A DNA stretch of 62,750 nt, filler included, from Asterionella formosa (Eukaryota): the NCBI GenBank assembly GCA_002256025.1. It is 15 parts of 15 records of this genome, joined end to end, with 100 filler letters (N's around TTAATTAATTAA, not from the genome) between each part and the next. Parts side by side here need not be neighbours in the genome. Positions count along the whole stretch, not along the records: positions 58,670 to 62,750 come from NKIB01013727.1; 14 more parts are not named here. One strand, given 5' to 3'. Numbering within the stretch: the stretch's first letter is position 1; the number at the start of each line of letters is the position of its first letter. The translations under genes and the position numbers were made by a program. The notes under the pieces are model-generated. The model saw only the letters and a program-made list of their open reading frames with translations, did no database searches and was not told the DNA's origin. Positions 61,703 to 62,750 of the stretch are shown in pieces.

Positions 61703-62750
61703 GCTTGTATATGAATATCATTAGTGGGGGAACGGTATAATTTGTAAGCTGCTCTGATTAAGATTATATATATACAATCAGTGTAGTAAGGTAGTCTATA
61801 AACTATATAGATATATACTAAGGCTACTTGGGTCACATTTAGTTTTCTGAGCTTGAAAATCCAGCCAGCCATCATAAGAAAAAAATATTTGATTTACCTG
61901 AGCCATCATGGCACCAAAGCATCATCATTTATATTATGCATTTGACCCATTGCTCACTGTGGTCGAAGCTACTTCGACTCACCAGGTACCAACTCGTTCA
62001 ACTTCCTTTCATGCAATTATTTCCCTGCATTGCAATGATTGTTTTTAGGCTTGTTGTTGTTCTGCACCAGCCAACTAATCTCCTTTAGGATCATAGTTCG
62101 ACAAAGTGGCTTCTTTCAAGGCTGGTTTGAGGAATTGTGATCTTTCCAACTTGAAACGTTACCTGGTTCTTTGTTGGTTTCTGGACACTTCCATAACCTT
62201 GCATGGTTTACTGTCACCTGCTAGTATCATCAGGTTCCAGGGAACCCTCCTGGCACCAGCAAGTTGCAGTCATTTGTTGGCTTAAACAAAGAATTTAACA
62301 TAGCATAAAGATAGCTAAAGTTTTAGTTTCAACATAATTACCAGGTACCCTCGAACTTCATCTTCGTTTTTCGGCTAGACTGACTTTCTAGTTCTCATGG
62401 TTGTTATCCCAGTCTCACCAGCCTGAATTTTCTCTATTTGGGTTTCAAGTGCGCTCTTCGTGCTCACACCCTGTTTCCGTGGTCTACACAGGTATCTGGT
62501 ATCAGGTACCTGGAGTACTAATAATGAGGTAAAACGACAAACTACCTGGTATGTAGGGGTCGACAGCATACATACCCTTAGTCAAGAAAAGACATACCAC
62601 GGGATACTGTTTGAATCGATTTCGATTGGCTGGATTTAGCAAGCATTGTAAGTGTTTGTCAAAAGTCATGACCATCAGGGCAATTGGATTTTCCATTTGG
62701 TGAGACTTTTTTACCCTTTGGATCAAACGACCTGAATTTATTCGCTACAG

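Overview
This is not one locus. It is 15 short eukaryotic scaffolds (4098 down to 4081 bp, in non-increasing size order) joined by artificial 100-nt linkers (44N-TTAATTAATTAA-44N), so neighbours across a linker are not biological. The content points to a diatom nuclear genome: diatom-type 5S rRNA, short GT-AG introns, bipartite targeting presequences, CoDi-like Copia elements and an RNase H-bearing LINE. Apparently intact genes: prefoldin subunit 2, a plastid-targeted aldo/keto reductase, a bZIP transcription factor, a TPR protein, an ALKBH7-like dioxygenase, an RI-like LRR protein and two convergent 5S rRNA genes. Most of the rest is transposon debris (LINE, Copia, Gypsy, mariner and IS630-Tc1-mariner-like) and gene fragments. 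Most interesting: (1) a tRNA-derived SINE-like family with a 16-bp target-site duplication, an internal T-run and a strongly base-paired body; (2) near-identical 84-nt LRR modules with variation concentrated in a few exposed codons, attached to different C-termini including ankyrin+kinase; (3) a spliced, open mosaic gene joining C2, Ca2+-ATPase fragments and a PAP2 phosphatase. All family assignments come from motif recognition by eye; no searches were run.
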